Of a DNA stretch of 64,000 bases, positions 8,162-19,155 are shown in pieces. The number at the start of each line of letters is the position of its first letter. Position 1 is the stretch's first letter. The notes below the pieces were generated by a model. That model was given only the letters and a program-made list of their open reading frames with translations, was not told where the DNA came from and searched no databases. The DNA comes from Candidatus Latescibacterota bacterium (GTDB lineage: Bacteria > Latescibacterota > UBA2968 > UBA8231), in contig OZ253462.1 in the NCBI GenBank assembly GCA_965261395.1, forward strand, positions 5,504,001 to 5,568,000. The letters are read 5' to 3'. Both the position numbers and the translations under genes were made by a program.

Positions 8162-10816
8162 ATGATCAGGTTGTTGGTAGCGGTGCTCGGCGTCGCATTC
8201 GTACTCTGCAACGGCTATGCCGAAGTCAAGCGGTGGCGGATCGGCGACGATGTGCATCCCTGGACTCTGCGGCCGGTCACCGGTCGCCTCGACTTAGGCC
8301 GCAGTTGGGCCGTCGAGCTAATCGCCGACGACGATGGCGACGGACTCATCGACGAAGACCCGGTCGAGCTAATCGACAACGACGACGATGCGCTGATTAA
8401 CGAAGACCCCGCCGACGAGCAAGTTGACAACGATGACGACGGCCAACTCAACGAGGACCCAGCCAACGGAAGAGACGACGACCAAGACGGACTCATCGAT
8501 GAAGACCCGCCGGAATTTTTCGACAACGATCTCGACGGGCTCATCGACGAAGACGGTCCGGATCCTCAGTTCGACAATGACGGCGATGGGCTACTCAACG
8601 AGGATGGGTTGTACACTCCCTTTGACGACGATTGGGACGGCCAGCTCAATGAGGATCCGATCAACGGCAGTGACGACGACCAAGACGGACTCATTGATGA
8701 AGACCCGCCGCTACCCGAGCACGGCCAAGGCGTGACCACCTGGCTTCGGCCGGTGCGTCTCGACAGCCTGCGCAACCTTGCCTACCTGCTCAACCAGCGC
8801 TTCAAGGCTGGCGAATTCGGTGGTATCATCCCCGGCAAGGATCCCCAGCGTCCCTTTATGGTGGTGCCGAGCGAATATGGCTTTCGCCGTGAGATCGCCG
8901 ACCCGATTTCGGCCGACTACTGGGCGACCGCGCAGGTAATCGGTCGCGTCGACGCGGAAAAGTCGGTCGACGGCAACCTGCGCACGGAATACGGCTCCGC
9001 TCTCTATGGCCGCGGCGGCGTTGGCATCAACCTAATGGGCTACTACTATCTCAACCGCATTGTCTTCCGCCCCCGGCCGACCTTGCCTGCTAGCACTATT
9101 GCCAACTACTTCATCCGCTACGGCGACCAGACCACCATCGACAGCCGCTCCGAAACCATTCAAGCGCGCAGAACACTAGTCCCCGTCACCAACGGCCAGT
9201 TCAACCCGGTAGTCAAAGATATCCGATTTGATCGGCCTTTTGTCGCTGGCCGCCTCGACGTAGTCTCGACGGATCCCAAAGGCACCTACGTCGAGACTGC
9301 CGAAGCGGGCTATTTTGGCGACGGCTATGCCATTGATGGGCAGTACACTTCGGCCATCATCGACGTGGGCACGCCCACCCCGCGCATTCGTCGCTACGAC
9401 CGAGAGATCGAACAGTTCGCGGGCTCACAGCGCGATGCCTATGAAAGCCAGTTCCCCCTCGATATGGCCGGCGACCAAGTCAACTGGGGTAAGGTGCGCT
9501 GGCGCGGGCGCCGTGACAGCCGCGACGGCGACGTCCGCATCCAGTTCCGCGTTGGCAACACCCTCGACACTCACATCTACGCCCGCCGCTTGGGGCCAGG
9601 CCTTTCGGACACCCAAGATGAGAACGGCAATCCCCTTGATCTGTTTTCTTGGATTAAGATCTCCGAAGGCCGCGTCCCCGAGCGCGAGCTCCAATACAAT
9701 GAGCTTGGTGTTGACCTAGGCGACGACGGCCTCCTAGGCTGGAGCTTCTGGTCGGCACCTTTCAAGCTCGAAGACGCCCTCATCGACGAGAGCCTACCTG
9801 AAGCCGAGTGGCACAACACCGGTGTCCAGCTACCCCTGCCCGGAGGGACTCGCTACATCCAGTTCCGCATCCTCTTCGACTCCGCCCAGCACAGCGCGGC
9901 CCTGTTGGACTTCATCGAGTTCGACTACGACGCACCGCTGGTCTCCGGTGGGATCGTCGCCGAAATCTTTCCCCCACGCGTCACCTTGGGTGAAGAGACG
10001 GCCTTCCGCTATTTTGTTCGCCCATTCTTCAAAACGGGCGAGGCGACCTCCTTCAACCGGATCGAGATCTCCGTGCCCAGCGCGGATACGCGCATCGACA
10101 CCTTGCGCTTCGACGGCCAAGACTGGACCGAAATCGCCGCTGGCACGACCGCCGATCCTCTCCGCGACGTCCATCCCCTCCGCCTCGCCCCAGCAGAAGG
10201 CCGCACCGATAGCTTGGGACAATTTGCCCAGAGCGTAGTCAAGGATCCGCTCACTGGCTCGGCCAAACTACACATCAAGCTACCTTTGATGGGTGCCGAA
10301 CACTTCCAATTCGACCAGAACATTGAGATCGTCTTTCGCTCCAAGCTGTTCCGTGGCTCAGAAGAGTTCACCAGCTCAGTGTGGAATGACCAAGGCGACC
10401 CCGGCGTCGAATCCATCCCGCAACCGGCCGAGGATGGGGATGCCACACCCGACATAGCCACCAATGCCCTCCTCGTGGTCGCCGACGAGATCAACCAAAT
10501 CGTCAAGGCCCCCTACATCGCTCCAAACCCCTTTACCCCCAACGGCGATGGCATCAACGACGAAATCACTTTTTCCTTTGACCTTTTTCTCGTCCTTGAT
10601 CAGGTCGATGTTCAAGTCGAAATCTACGATCTGTCCGGTCGCCGCATCGCCCAGATTCAGACAGACGGCTCGACCGCAGGCAGCCTCCAAGTCAAGTGGG
10701 ATGGCCGCGATAGCCAAGGCCAAATCGCCCCCCCGGGCATCTATCTCTATCGACTGGCCATTGATTTAGACAATACCTCCACGGAGCGCGCAGGCACCCT
10801 ATCGCTCGCCTATTGA
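8162..10816 (+). CDS. Large secreted protein with acidic Ca-binding-type repeats and C-terminal FlgD-Ig/T9SS type B-like domain
   Basis: GGAGG RBS before ATG 8162; signal peptide MIRLLVAVLGVAFVLCNGYA; PNPFTPNGDGIND...IYDLSGR...WDGRD...PPGIYLY...LAY. Confidence 0.85.
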   Translation: MIRLLVAVLGVAFVLCNGYAEVKRWRIGDDVHPWTLRPVTGRLDLGRSWAVELIADDDGDGLIDEDPVELIDNDDDALINEDPADEQVDNDDDGQLNEDPANGRDDDQDGLIDEDPPEFFDNDLDGLIDEDGPDPQFDNDGDGLLNEDGLYTPFDDDWDGQLNEDPINGSDDDQDGLIDEDPPLPEHGQGVTTWLRPVRLDSLRNLAYLLNQRFKAGEFGGIIPGKDPQRPFMVVPSEYGFRREIADPISADYWATAQVIGRVDAEKSVDGNLRTEYGSALYGRGGVGINLMGYYYLNRIVFRPRPTLPASTIANYFIRYGDQTTIDSRSETIQARRTLVPVTNGQFNPVVKDIRFDRPFVAGRLDVVSTDPKGTYVETAEAGYFGDGYAIDGQYTSAIIDVGTPTPRIRRYDREIEQFAGSQRDAYESQFPLDMAGDQVNWGKVRWRGRRDSRDGDVRIQFRVGNTLDTHIYARRLGPGLSDTQDENGNPLDLFSWIKISEGRVPERELQYNELGVDLGDDGLLGWSFWSAPFKLEDALIDESLPEAEWHNTGVQLPLPGGTRYIQFRILFDSAQHSAALLDFIEFDYDAPLVSGGIVAEIFPPRVTLGEETAFRYFVRPFFKTGEATSFNRIEISVPSADTRIDTLRFDGQDWTEIAAGTTADPLRDVHPLRLAPAEGRTDSLGQFAQSVVKDPLTGSAKLHIKLPLMGAEHFQFDQNIEIVFRSKLFRGSEEFTSSVWNDQGDPGVESIPQPAEDGDATPDIATNALLVVADEINQIVKAPYIAPNPFTPNGDGINDEITFSFDLFLVLDQVDVQVEIYDLSGRRIAQIQTDGSTAGSLQVKWDGRDSQGQIAPPGIYLYRLAIDLDNTSTERAGTLSLAY
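8327..8710 (+). repeat. Eight imperfect D[DN]DxDG[LQ][IL][DN]ED[PG] coding repeats
   Basis: Counted in the translation; units 3-4 recur as units 7-8. Confidence 0.9.
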
Positions 10817-10870
10817 CCAAAATGCGCGACTGCTTACAGGATTTCCCTTCATCGCCACCATTCTAACGCC

Positions 10871-12967
10871 ATGGCGCGCAGCACCCGCTTTTTTTTTGTC
10901 GCGCTCCTGCTAGTCGCCCTCGCACTGCGACTGGGCTATTTGTGGGAACACCGCGCCAGTCCCTTCTTCGACGCGCCCATAGTTGACGCTCAAACATTTC
11001 TCAAACAGGCACAGGCCCTTGCCAGCGGTCCATTCTGGGGAGGGGACGAACCGTATTGGCAACCCCCCCTCTACATCTACCTGCTGGCGTTCGTTTGCTG
11101 GCTCCTCCCTGCCTCGTACTTCGTCGGCATCCGGCTCGTACACGTGGGCCTCGGCGTCCTTTCCTGCCTATTGGTATACGCGTTGGTTCGGCACGCCTTT
11201 GGCGAGCAGGTCGGCCGCATCGCCGGCGTCATGGCGGCCTTGTGTGGCTCCTTGCTCTACTTCGAGGGCGAGCTATTGGCTGTACCGGTCGAAGTTTTCC
11301 TCAATCTCCTGCTCTTGTACGGCCTGTTGCTGGCGTGGGGACGCGATCGCGGGCGCGACTGGGTGCTGGCCGGCCTCATCGCGGGCCTTGCGGCTCTGAC
11401 CCGCCCCAATATCTTGCTCTTTATCGCGGCCTTTTGCGCTTGGGCACTGTGGCATCGGCGCACATTTGCCTATCGTTCCCTGTTCTCTTTTCTCGTTCCC
11501 ATCGCCTTGGTCATCCTGCCCGTTACCTATTGCAACTGGACCATTGAGCCGGACCTCGTCTTCATCTCCTCCAATGCCGGCGTCAACTTCTACATCGGCA
11601 ACAACGCCGACTATGAGCGCACGGTCTCGCTGCGCCCGGGCATGCAGTGGGAGGCCATGATCGCCGAGCCGGCGAACTCGGGGCATGAGACCGCAGCCGC
11701 CCAATCGGCCTTTTTCTTGGGCAAAGCCCTCGACTACATAACCGCGCAGCCCTTCGACTATCTCGGCCTGCTCTGCAAGAAGGGATTCCTCTTTTGGAGT
11801 GGCCCGGAAACCAAGCGCAATCAAGACATATACTACGCCCGCCAACACTCGCGGATTTTGAGTCTCTTGCTCTGGGATTGGCACGTGTCGATTCCCTTCG
11901 GCCTGATCGGCCCGCTGAGCTTGCTCGGCTTGGGGCTGAGCATGAGGGGGGAGTGGACCCCGCCGGTTGCTTTGCTGCGGCTCTACGCTCTCGTGTACAC
12001 GGCCTCGGTCGTACTCTTCTTTCCGGCAGCCCGCTACCGCATGCCGGTCGTGCCGGTGCTGATCGCTTTTGCTGCTTTTGCCGCTTTTCAGTTCTACTTA
12101 GGAGTGCGCCGCAGAGCCTATACCCGCACCACAGTGCTTGCCGTGCCTTTAGGGGGTCTATTAGTCCTGTGCAATCTCGCCGAAGCCGCGCCAACTACAG
12201 AGGACGCTCAGCTCTACTTTGACCTAGGCGAGGTACATCTACGCAAGCAAGACTACGCCCGGTCTGCGCGTCACTCGCGCCGGGCACTGGAATTGGACCC
12301 AGAGTACAACTACGCCCGCCACAATCTGGCCGTGGCGTACTTTCACCAAGAGCGCTATGGGGACGGCGAGCGCGAGGCTCTACAGGCCCTCGCGGAAAAT
12401 CCTCGGCGCACCGACACTCACATCCTCCTAGGCCGGATTTACCTAGCTACCAATAAGCCGCAACAGGCCGAAGCGCATCTGCGCCACGTCCTCGAACGCG
12501 ATCCAGAGTCCGGCATGGCCCACTACTACTACGGCCGCCTGCTCTACCGCCAAGGGCACTACGCCGAGGCCGCAACCCACTTGCAACAGGCGCTTCCTTG
12601 GCAGCCACAGGATTTCTGGCTTCACTACGAACTGGGGAGGGCCTTGCAGCAAGCCGGGCAAACCGAGGCCGCATTGGGCCAATATCAACAAGCACTGTCC
12701 GTCGAAAGACGGCCTGAAGCACTCGTTGCCATCGGTGCCCTGCACCTGATCGCCGGTCACACCGCAAAAGCACGCACCCAGTTCCTCCAAGCCCTAGAAC
12801 TAGCCCCAGACAATCCAGAGGCTCACGTCAACCTCGCGCTCATCGAACTCGAAAATGGGGACCACGCCGCGGCTATTGACCGGCTGCGGCAGGTGCTAGC
12901 GAGAGGTCCCTCCCCCGACGCGAAGCGTCTGCTTGACGAAGCCTATCGCCGGCTCGAATCGCCATAG
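10871..12967 (+). CDS. GT-C (GT39/PMT/ArnT-like) glycosyltransferase fused to C-terminal TPRs
   Basis: Multi-TM N-terminal region with PIVDA, YWQPPLY, LAALTRPN and ARYRMP motifs; several TPRs at the C-terminus. Confidence 0.85.
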   Translation: MARSTRFFFVALLLVALALRLGYLWEHRASPFFDAPIVDAQTFLKQAQALASGPFWGGDEPYWQPPLYIYLLAFVCWLLPASYFVGIRLVHVGLGVLSCLLVYALVRHAFGEQVGRIAGVMAALCGSLLYFEGELLAVPVEVFLNLLLLYGLLLAWGRDRGRDWVLAGLIAGLAALTRPNILLFIAAFCAWALWHRRTFAYRSLFSFLVPIALVILPVTYCNWTIEPDLVFISSNAGVNFYIGNNADYERTVSLRPGMQWEAMIAEPANSGHETAAAQSAFFLGKALDYITAQPFDYLGLLCKKGFLFWSGPETKRNQDIYYARQHSRILSLLLWDWHVSIPFGLIGPLSLLGLGLSMRGEWTPPVALLRLYALVYTASVVLFFPAARYRMPVVPVLIAFAAFAAFQFYLGVRRRAYTRTTVLAVPLGGLLVLCNLAEAAPTTEDAQLYFDLGEVHLRKQDYARSARHSRRALELDPEYNYARHNLAVAYFHQERYGDGEREALQALAENPRRTDTHILLGRIYLATNKPQQAEAHLRHVLERDPESGMAHYYYGRLLYRQGHYAEAATHLQQALPWQPQDFWLHYELGRALQQAGQTEAALGQYQQALSVERRPEALVAIGALHLIAGHTAKARTQFLQALELAPDNPEAHVNLALIELENGDHAAAIDRLRQVLARGPSPDAKRLLDEAYRRLESP

Positions 12968-12974
12968 GAATACC

Positions 12975-14603
<1,629 letters not shown>

Positions 14604-14607
14604 AACT

Positions 14608-15939
14608 ATGCGCTTTGCCCTACTTTTTTTGTTTTTCTGTGCCTGTGCCAGTGAAACACCCGATCCACCGCAAGCCACCGCCTCGCCCGCCGACTCAGCG
14701 GCTCAGACGTTTGCCGCCGGCCGCGCGCTCCAAACTCGTGGCCTCTTCACCCAAGCCGAGCAAGCCTATCGCCAAGCACTGCAACAAGCCCCGGCTAACC
14801 CCCAATACCATTATTATCTCGGCGTTGCATTGCACGCCCAGAGTCGTTTTGCCGAGGCGCAGACCCAATTTGAAAAAGCACTCGAACTAAAACCCGACTA
14901 CGCCGGTCCCCGCATCGCCTTGGGCAAAATGCTCTATGATGTACACGGCAAAGTAGAGGAGGCTCGCCAGTTCCTCTCCGAAGCACTGGAACTGGCTCCC
15001 AGCGCGGTCGAAGCACGCTACATACTAGGTGTGATCCACCAGCGCGAAGGCCAGATACAAGAGGCCCGCGAAATTTTCGCCGCCATCGCCGCTGCCGACT
15101 CCACCCACCTCCAAGCCCGGCTACAGCTAGGCTTAGCAGACCTGAAGCTAGGCAACTACCAAGAGGCCGAGAGACAGCTCCGCCAAGTCGCGCGCCTCAG
15201 CCCGGACGAGCCGGCGGCGTTTCTTGGAATCGGACAGGCCTTGTTGCGCATGGATCGCGCCGCAGAGGGGCAGCGCGCCCTCGAACGCGCGCGGGTTTTG
15301 GACGAACAAAACGGCCAGCTCAAGCCCCACCAAGACGCGGTGCGCCAGCACCCCGACCAACCCCAAGCCCACTCCAATATCGCCGCCCTCTACAGCCGCT
15401 TTGGGCGTCTCAAACTGGCCGTCGAGCACTACCGCCAGTCCATCCTCATCGACTCGACCTATGCCCTAGGGTACCAAGGATTGGGCACTCTGCTCCAGCG
15501 CCGGGGCAAAGACGATTTGGCGGCGCGCTACTATCTCGAAGCACTGAGCCACGACTCGACCCTAGCCGAAAGCCACAACAATCTGGGCTTGATCTTTCAC
15601 AAACAGGGCGAATTAGAAAATGCCATCAGACGATACAAGCAGGCCTTGCAGTTCTCCCCGGCTACGGGCTTTTACCACTCCAACCTCGGTAATGCGTACC
15701 TCGAAATGGATCGGCTGGACCAGGCGCAGGCCGCCGTCGAGCGAGCCATCGAACTGGACGCTAAGCTCTATAGTGCCCGCGTACTGCTCGGCGATATCCA
15801 CGCCCGCCGCGGCGAATTCGCCCGGGCCATTGCGCTCTGGGAGGAAATTCCGTCCGGTGGGGCGGCCAGTGAGGCTTTACAAGCCAAAATCGCCGAGGCC
15901 CGACGGAAGCTATCCGCGCAAGAGCGCGCGCCGCGATGA
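14608..15939 (+). CDS. TPR lipoprotein
   Basis: MRFALLFLFFCAC lipobox-like start; multiple TPRs (HNNLG, HSNLGNAY). Confidence 0.85.
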   Translation: MRFALLFLFFCACASETPDPPQATASPADSAAQTFAAGRALQTRGLFTQAEQAYRQALQQAPANPQYHYYLGVALHAQSRFAEAQTQFEKALELKPDYAGPRIALGKMLYDVHGKVEEARQFLSEALELAPSAVEARYILGVIHQREGQIQEAREIFAAIAAADSTHLQARLQLGLADLKLGNYQEAERQLRQVARLSPDEPAAFLGIGQALLRMDRAAEGQRALERARVLDEQNGQLKPHQDAVRQHPDQPQAHSNIAALYSRFGRLKLAVEHYRQSILIDSTYALGYQGLGTLLQRRGKDDLAARYYLEALSHDSTLAESHNNLGLIFHKQGELENAIRRYKQALQFSPATGFYHSNLGNAYLEMDRLDQAQAAVERAIELDAKLYSARVLLGDIHARRGEFARAIALWEEIPSGGAASEALQAKIAEARRKLSAQERAPR

Positions 15940-17432
15940 GCTTGGCTGTCCCGCTTGCCGCGCTATGGGTGTTCTGGGGTGGTTGCGGCCCCAGCCCGGC
16001 AGAGGAAGGCGACCGCTTGGTGGAAACCGGGCGCTCCTTGGCCGCAGAACACCGCTACGCCGAAGCGCGCCGCGCCTTTGAAAAAGCCCTAGCTATAGAC
16101 TCGCTCGACGCTGCAGCACACTGTGCACTGGGCGATCTCGACGCCCGGCTCGGGCACGTAGAGCGGGCCGTCCGGGCCTACAAAGCCGCGATCGCAGCCG
16201 ACTCCACGTACCATCGCGCCCGGCATAATCTAGCCATAGTCGAGGCCGACCGAGGGCACCTGCCACTGGCCATCGAGTTGCTCGAACACATTCCAACCTA
16301 TGTCCCCGCCCTCCGCACCCTGCCTCTCTTTTATGCCAAACAAGGACGCTACGACCTAGCCGAAAAAGGATTGCACACCGCCCTAGCTGCGGGTGGGGAA
16401 AACATTGATGTGCGGCAACAACTCGGCCGGCTCTATCTGCGCCAAGGCCGCTACGACGAGGCCCAAGCGGCTCTCGACCTAGCCCTTGCCCAAGACTCGA
16501 CCCAAGCCGAAAGCCACCGTCTGTTGGGTTTGCTGCACTTAGCCGAGCGGCGTTACCCAGAGGCGCTGGCGGCCCTTCATCGCGCGCGCGCGTTTGACCC
16601 AAACCTGATCGAGACCCACTACAACCTTTCTTCGGCACTTTTAGGCCTAGGACAGCCAGCCCAAGCACAGGCGGCGCTGGCGCGTTTTGAGACTCTCGCT
16701 GCTCACGCCGCCCAAGTCGCGCATCTGCGTCGCCAGCTCGACGCCGACCCCGACCACCGCGAGACTCGCTTGCAGCTAGCCCATCACTATCGGCAACTGG
16801 GTTGGGACGACGATGCCCTCACCCACTATCGGGCTACACTGCTGGCCGACCCGGACGACTTAGAGGCCCTAATTTCGCTAAGCGGGCTTTTGTTGGCGCG
16901 GGGAGAAGACCAAGAAGTGCTCGAACTATGCCGCCGAGGCATCTCCCAGCACCCGGAGGATGTACGCACCAGCAAGCTCCACTTCACCCGTGGCTATGTC
17001 TATATGCGGCGCAACCAGTACCAAGAGGCCCGCACGGCCTTCGAACACGCACTAGCGCTGGATTCTTCCTCGGCCACAGCTTGGAACAACCTCGGCCATG
17101 TCCAGCTAAGCTTAGGCGAAGAAGTGGCGGCCCAACGGGCGCTGAAAGCGGCCATTGCCGCCGACTCAACTCTAGCCGATGCCCACTACAATCTCGGCAG
17201 TCTCTTCTTGCAAAAGGGGCAGCTAGCTCAGGCGCAACGGGCCTATCGGGCGGCCATTGCCGCTGATTCGACCTTTGCGCGAACCTATTACGCGCTGGCA
17301 ACCGTGTACCAAGCCCAGGGCGCGATTCCAGAGGCACGCCGTTGCTACCAAACCTTTATCGACAAGTGGCAAGGCGACCCGGACTTCCTGCGCCAAGCCC
17401 GCGAGCGGCTCGCCCAATTGCCGAGTCCCTGA
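15936..17432 (+). CDS. TPR lipoprotein
   Basis: ATGA overlap with the upstream gene; WGGC lipobox-like site; TPRs (HYNLG, WNNLG). Confidence 0.85.
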   Translation: MSLAVPLAALWVFWGGCGPSPAEEGDRLVETGRSLAAEHRYAEARRAFEKALAIDSLDAAAHCALGDLDARLGHVERAVRAYKAAIAADSTYHRARHNLAIVEADRGHLPLAIELLEHIPTYVPALRTLPLFYAKQGRYDLAEKGLHTALAAGGENIDVRQQLGRLYLRQGRYDEAQAALDLALAQDSTQAESHRLLGLLHLAERRYPEALAALHRARAFDPNLIETHYNLSSALLGLGQPAQAQAALARFETLAAHAAQVAHLRRQLDADPDHRETRLQLAHHYRQLGWDDDALTHYRATLLADPDDLEALISLSGLLLARGEDQEVLELCRRGISQHPEDVRTSKLHFTRGYVYMRRNQYQEARTAFEHALALDSSSATAWNNLGHVQLSLGEEVAAQRALKAAIAADSTLADAHYNLGSLFLQKGQLAQAQRAYRAAIAADSTFARTYYALATVYQAQGAIPEARRCYQTFIDKWQGDPDFLRQARERLAQLPSP

Positions 17433-17433
17433 T

Positions 17434-19155
17434 ATGTCCATTCTAGTACTCTTCACTTATTTCCTCTGTCTGGCCTGTAGCCCCGCCGAAGAAATCACAC
17501 CACCTACACCGCCGCTGCACACCGCGCCCGCAGCCTCATCTCTCTACTTTGTCGAAGTAGCTTCTGCCGTCGGCCTGACATGGCAGCACGAAAACGGCCG
17601 CAGCCCTCAGCGCTACTTCCCCGAAACTATGGGCGGCGGGGGTGCCTTCTTCGACTACGACGGCGATGGCGATTTGGATGTTTACGCCGTAAACGGCGCT
17701 TTTATCGCCGCCGATCCGCAGGATGCGGCCCCTGTCAATAGCCTTTTTCGCAACGATGGCCAGCGTTTTGTCTCGGTCGCGGCCGGGGTCGCCCACCCAG
17801 GAGTCGGCATGGGGGTTGCCGCGGCCGACTACGATAGCGACGGCGACCTCGACCTCTATCTGACCAACTTTGGCCCCAACGCACTCTTTCGCAACGACGA
17901 CGGACACTTTGCCGAAATCGGCCGGCAGGCAGGGGTCGCCGATGCGCGCTGGGGCACGAGCTGCGCCTTTGCCGATTACGACCGCGACGGCGACCTCGAC
18001 CTCTATGTCGCCAACTACGTGGCCTACGATCCGGCCGCGGCCCGCGCCGACCAAGTGCCCTATATGGCCGGCTACGAAAGCTATGGCGGCCAAACCCCTG
18101 TCGGCTATCCGCATCCAGACAACTTCCAAGGGCAAGCTGATCTGCTCTACCGCAACGACGGTGCGGGGCACTTTGTCGATGTCTCGTCAAGGGCGGGCAT
18201 CGCCGATGCGAGCGGCAAGGGACTAGGAGTGATTTTTGGCGACTACGACAGCGACGGTTGGCCCGACATCTACGTGGCCAACGATGCCGTGCGCAACTTC
18301 CTCTACCACAATAGCCACGACGGGACCTTCGCCGAACGGGCGGGACTAGCGGGGGTGGCTTATGGTCAGGATGGTCAAATGGAAGCGGGCATGGGGGTAG
18401 ATTGGGGCGACTACAACAGCGACGGCGTACTCGATTTGACGGTGACCAACTTCCAGGCCGAGCCTAATGCGCTCTATCGGGGCGAAGGGGGTTTCTTTTC
18501 GGTGGCGACCTTTGCCGCCGGGATGGGCCTTCCGTCGCTGCCCTTCCTCGGGTTTGGCACCCAGTTTTTCGACCCCGACCTCGATGGCGATCTCGACCTG
18601 TTTGCCGCCAACGGCCACGTCCTCGACAATGTCCTCGACATCGACCAATCTACCAGCTACGGGCAGCGCAATTTGCTCTTCCGCAACGACGGCGGTCGCT
18701 TCGCCGAGATTTCCGCCGCGGCCGGCCCCGGCTTCTCCTTAGAGCGCGTCAGCCGCGGCAGTGCCACCGGCGACTACGACGGCGACGGCGATCCCGATTT
18801 GCTGGTCTTTAACTCAGGGCAAGCCCTCAGCTTGCTGCGCAACGACCAAGGCGACGTCAACCACTGGATCACCATCCAGCTCGCGGGGGCCAACGGCAAC
18901 CCGAACGGCATCGGCGCCCGGCTGACGGCGACCAGCGGCGACTTGGTCCAGACTAGGGAACTGCGCGGCAGCCGCTCGTACCTATCGCAGAGCCAACTCC
19001 GCATCTGTTTGGGACTAGGGAAACGGCCTCAACTCGACGTGCTAACGGTGCGCTGGCCTTCGGGCCGTACAGAGCGATTCGGCCCCTTTGCAGCCAACCA
19101 AGCCATCGCACTCGTCGAGGGCGATGGTGTCAGCGCGGCTTCTGACCCGCCCTAA
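17434..19155 (+). CDS. CRTAC1 family FG-GAP/ASPIC-UnbV lipoprotein
   Basis: Lipobox CLAC; ETMGGGGAFFDYDGDGDLD; GIGAR...SYLSQS ASPIC/UnbV end. Confidence 0.9.
   Translation: MSILVLFTYFLCLACSPAEEITPPTPPLHTAPAASSLYFVEVASAVGLTWQHENGRSPQRYFPETMGGGGAFFDYDGDGDLDVYAVNGAFIAADPQDAAPVNSLFRNDGQRFVSVAAGVAHPGVGMGVAAADYDSDGDLDLYLTNFGPNALFRNDDGHFAEIGRQAGVADARWGTSCAFADYDRDGDLDLYVANYVAYDPAAARADQVPYMAGYESYGGQTPVGYPHPDNFQGQADLLYRNDGAGHFVDVSSRAGIADASGKGLGVIFGDYDSDGWPDIYVANDAVRNFLYHNSHDGTFAERAGLAGVAYGQDGQMEAGMGVDWGDYNSDGVLDLTVTNFQAEPNALYRGEGGFFSVATFAAGMGLPSLPFLGFGTQFFDPDLDGDLDLFAANGHVLDNVLDIDQSTSYGQRNLLFRNDGGRFAEISAAAGPGFSLERVSRGSATGDYDGDGDPDLLVFNSGQALSLLRNDQGDVNHWITIQLAGANGNPNGIGARLTATSGDLVQTRELRGSRSYLSQSQLRICLGLGKRPQLDVLTVRWPSGRTERFGPFAANQAIALVEGDGVSAASDPP

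Noticed and set aside
8327-8710. Possible CRISPR array or non-coding repeat
   Set aside because: The repeats are degenerate, in frame and protein-coding, with no spacer structure or cas genes.
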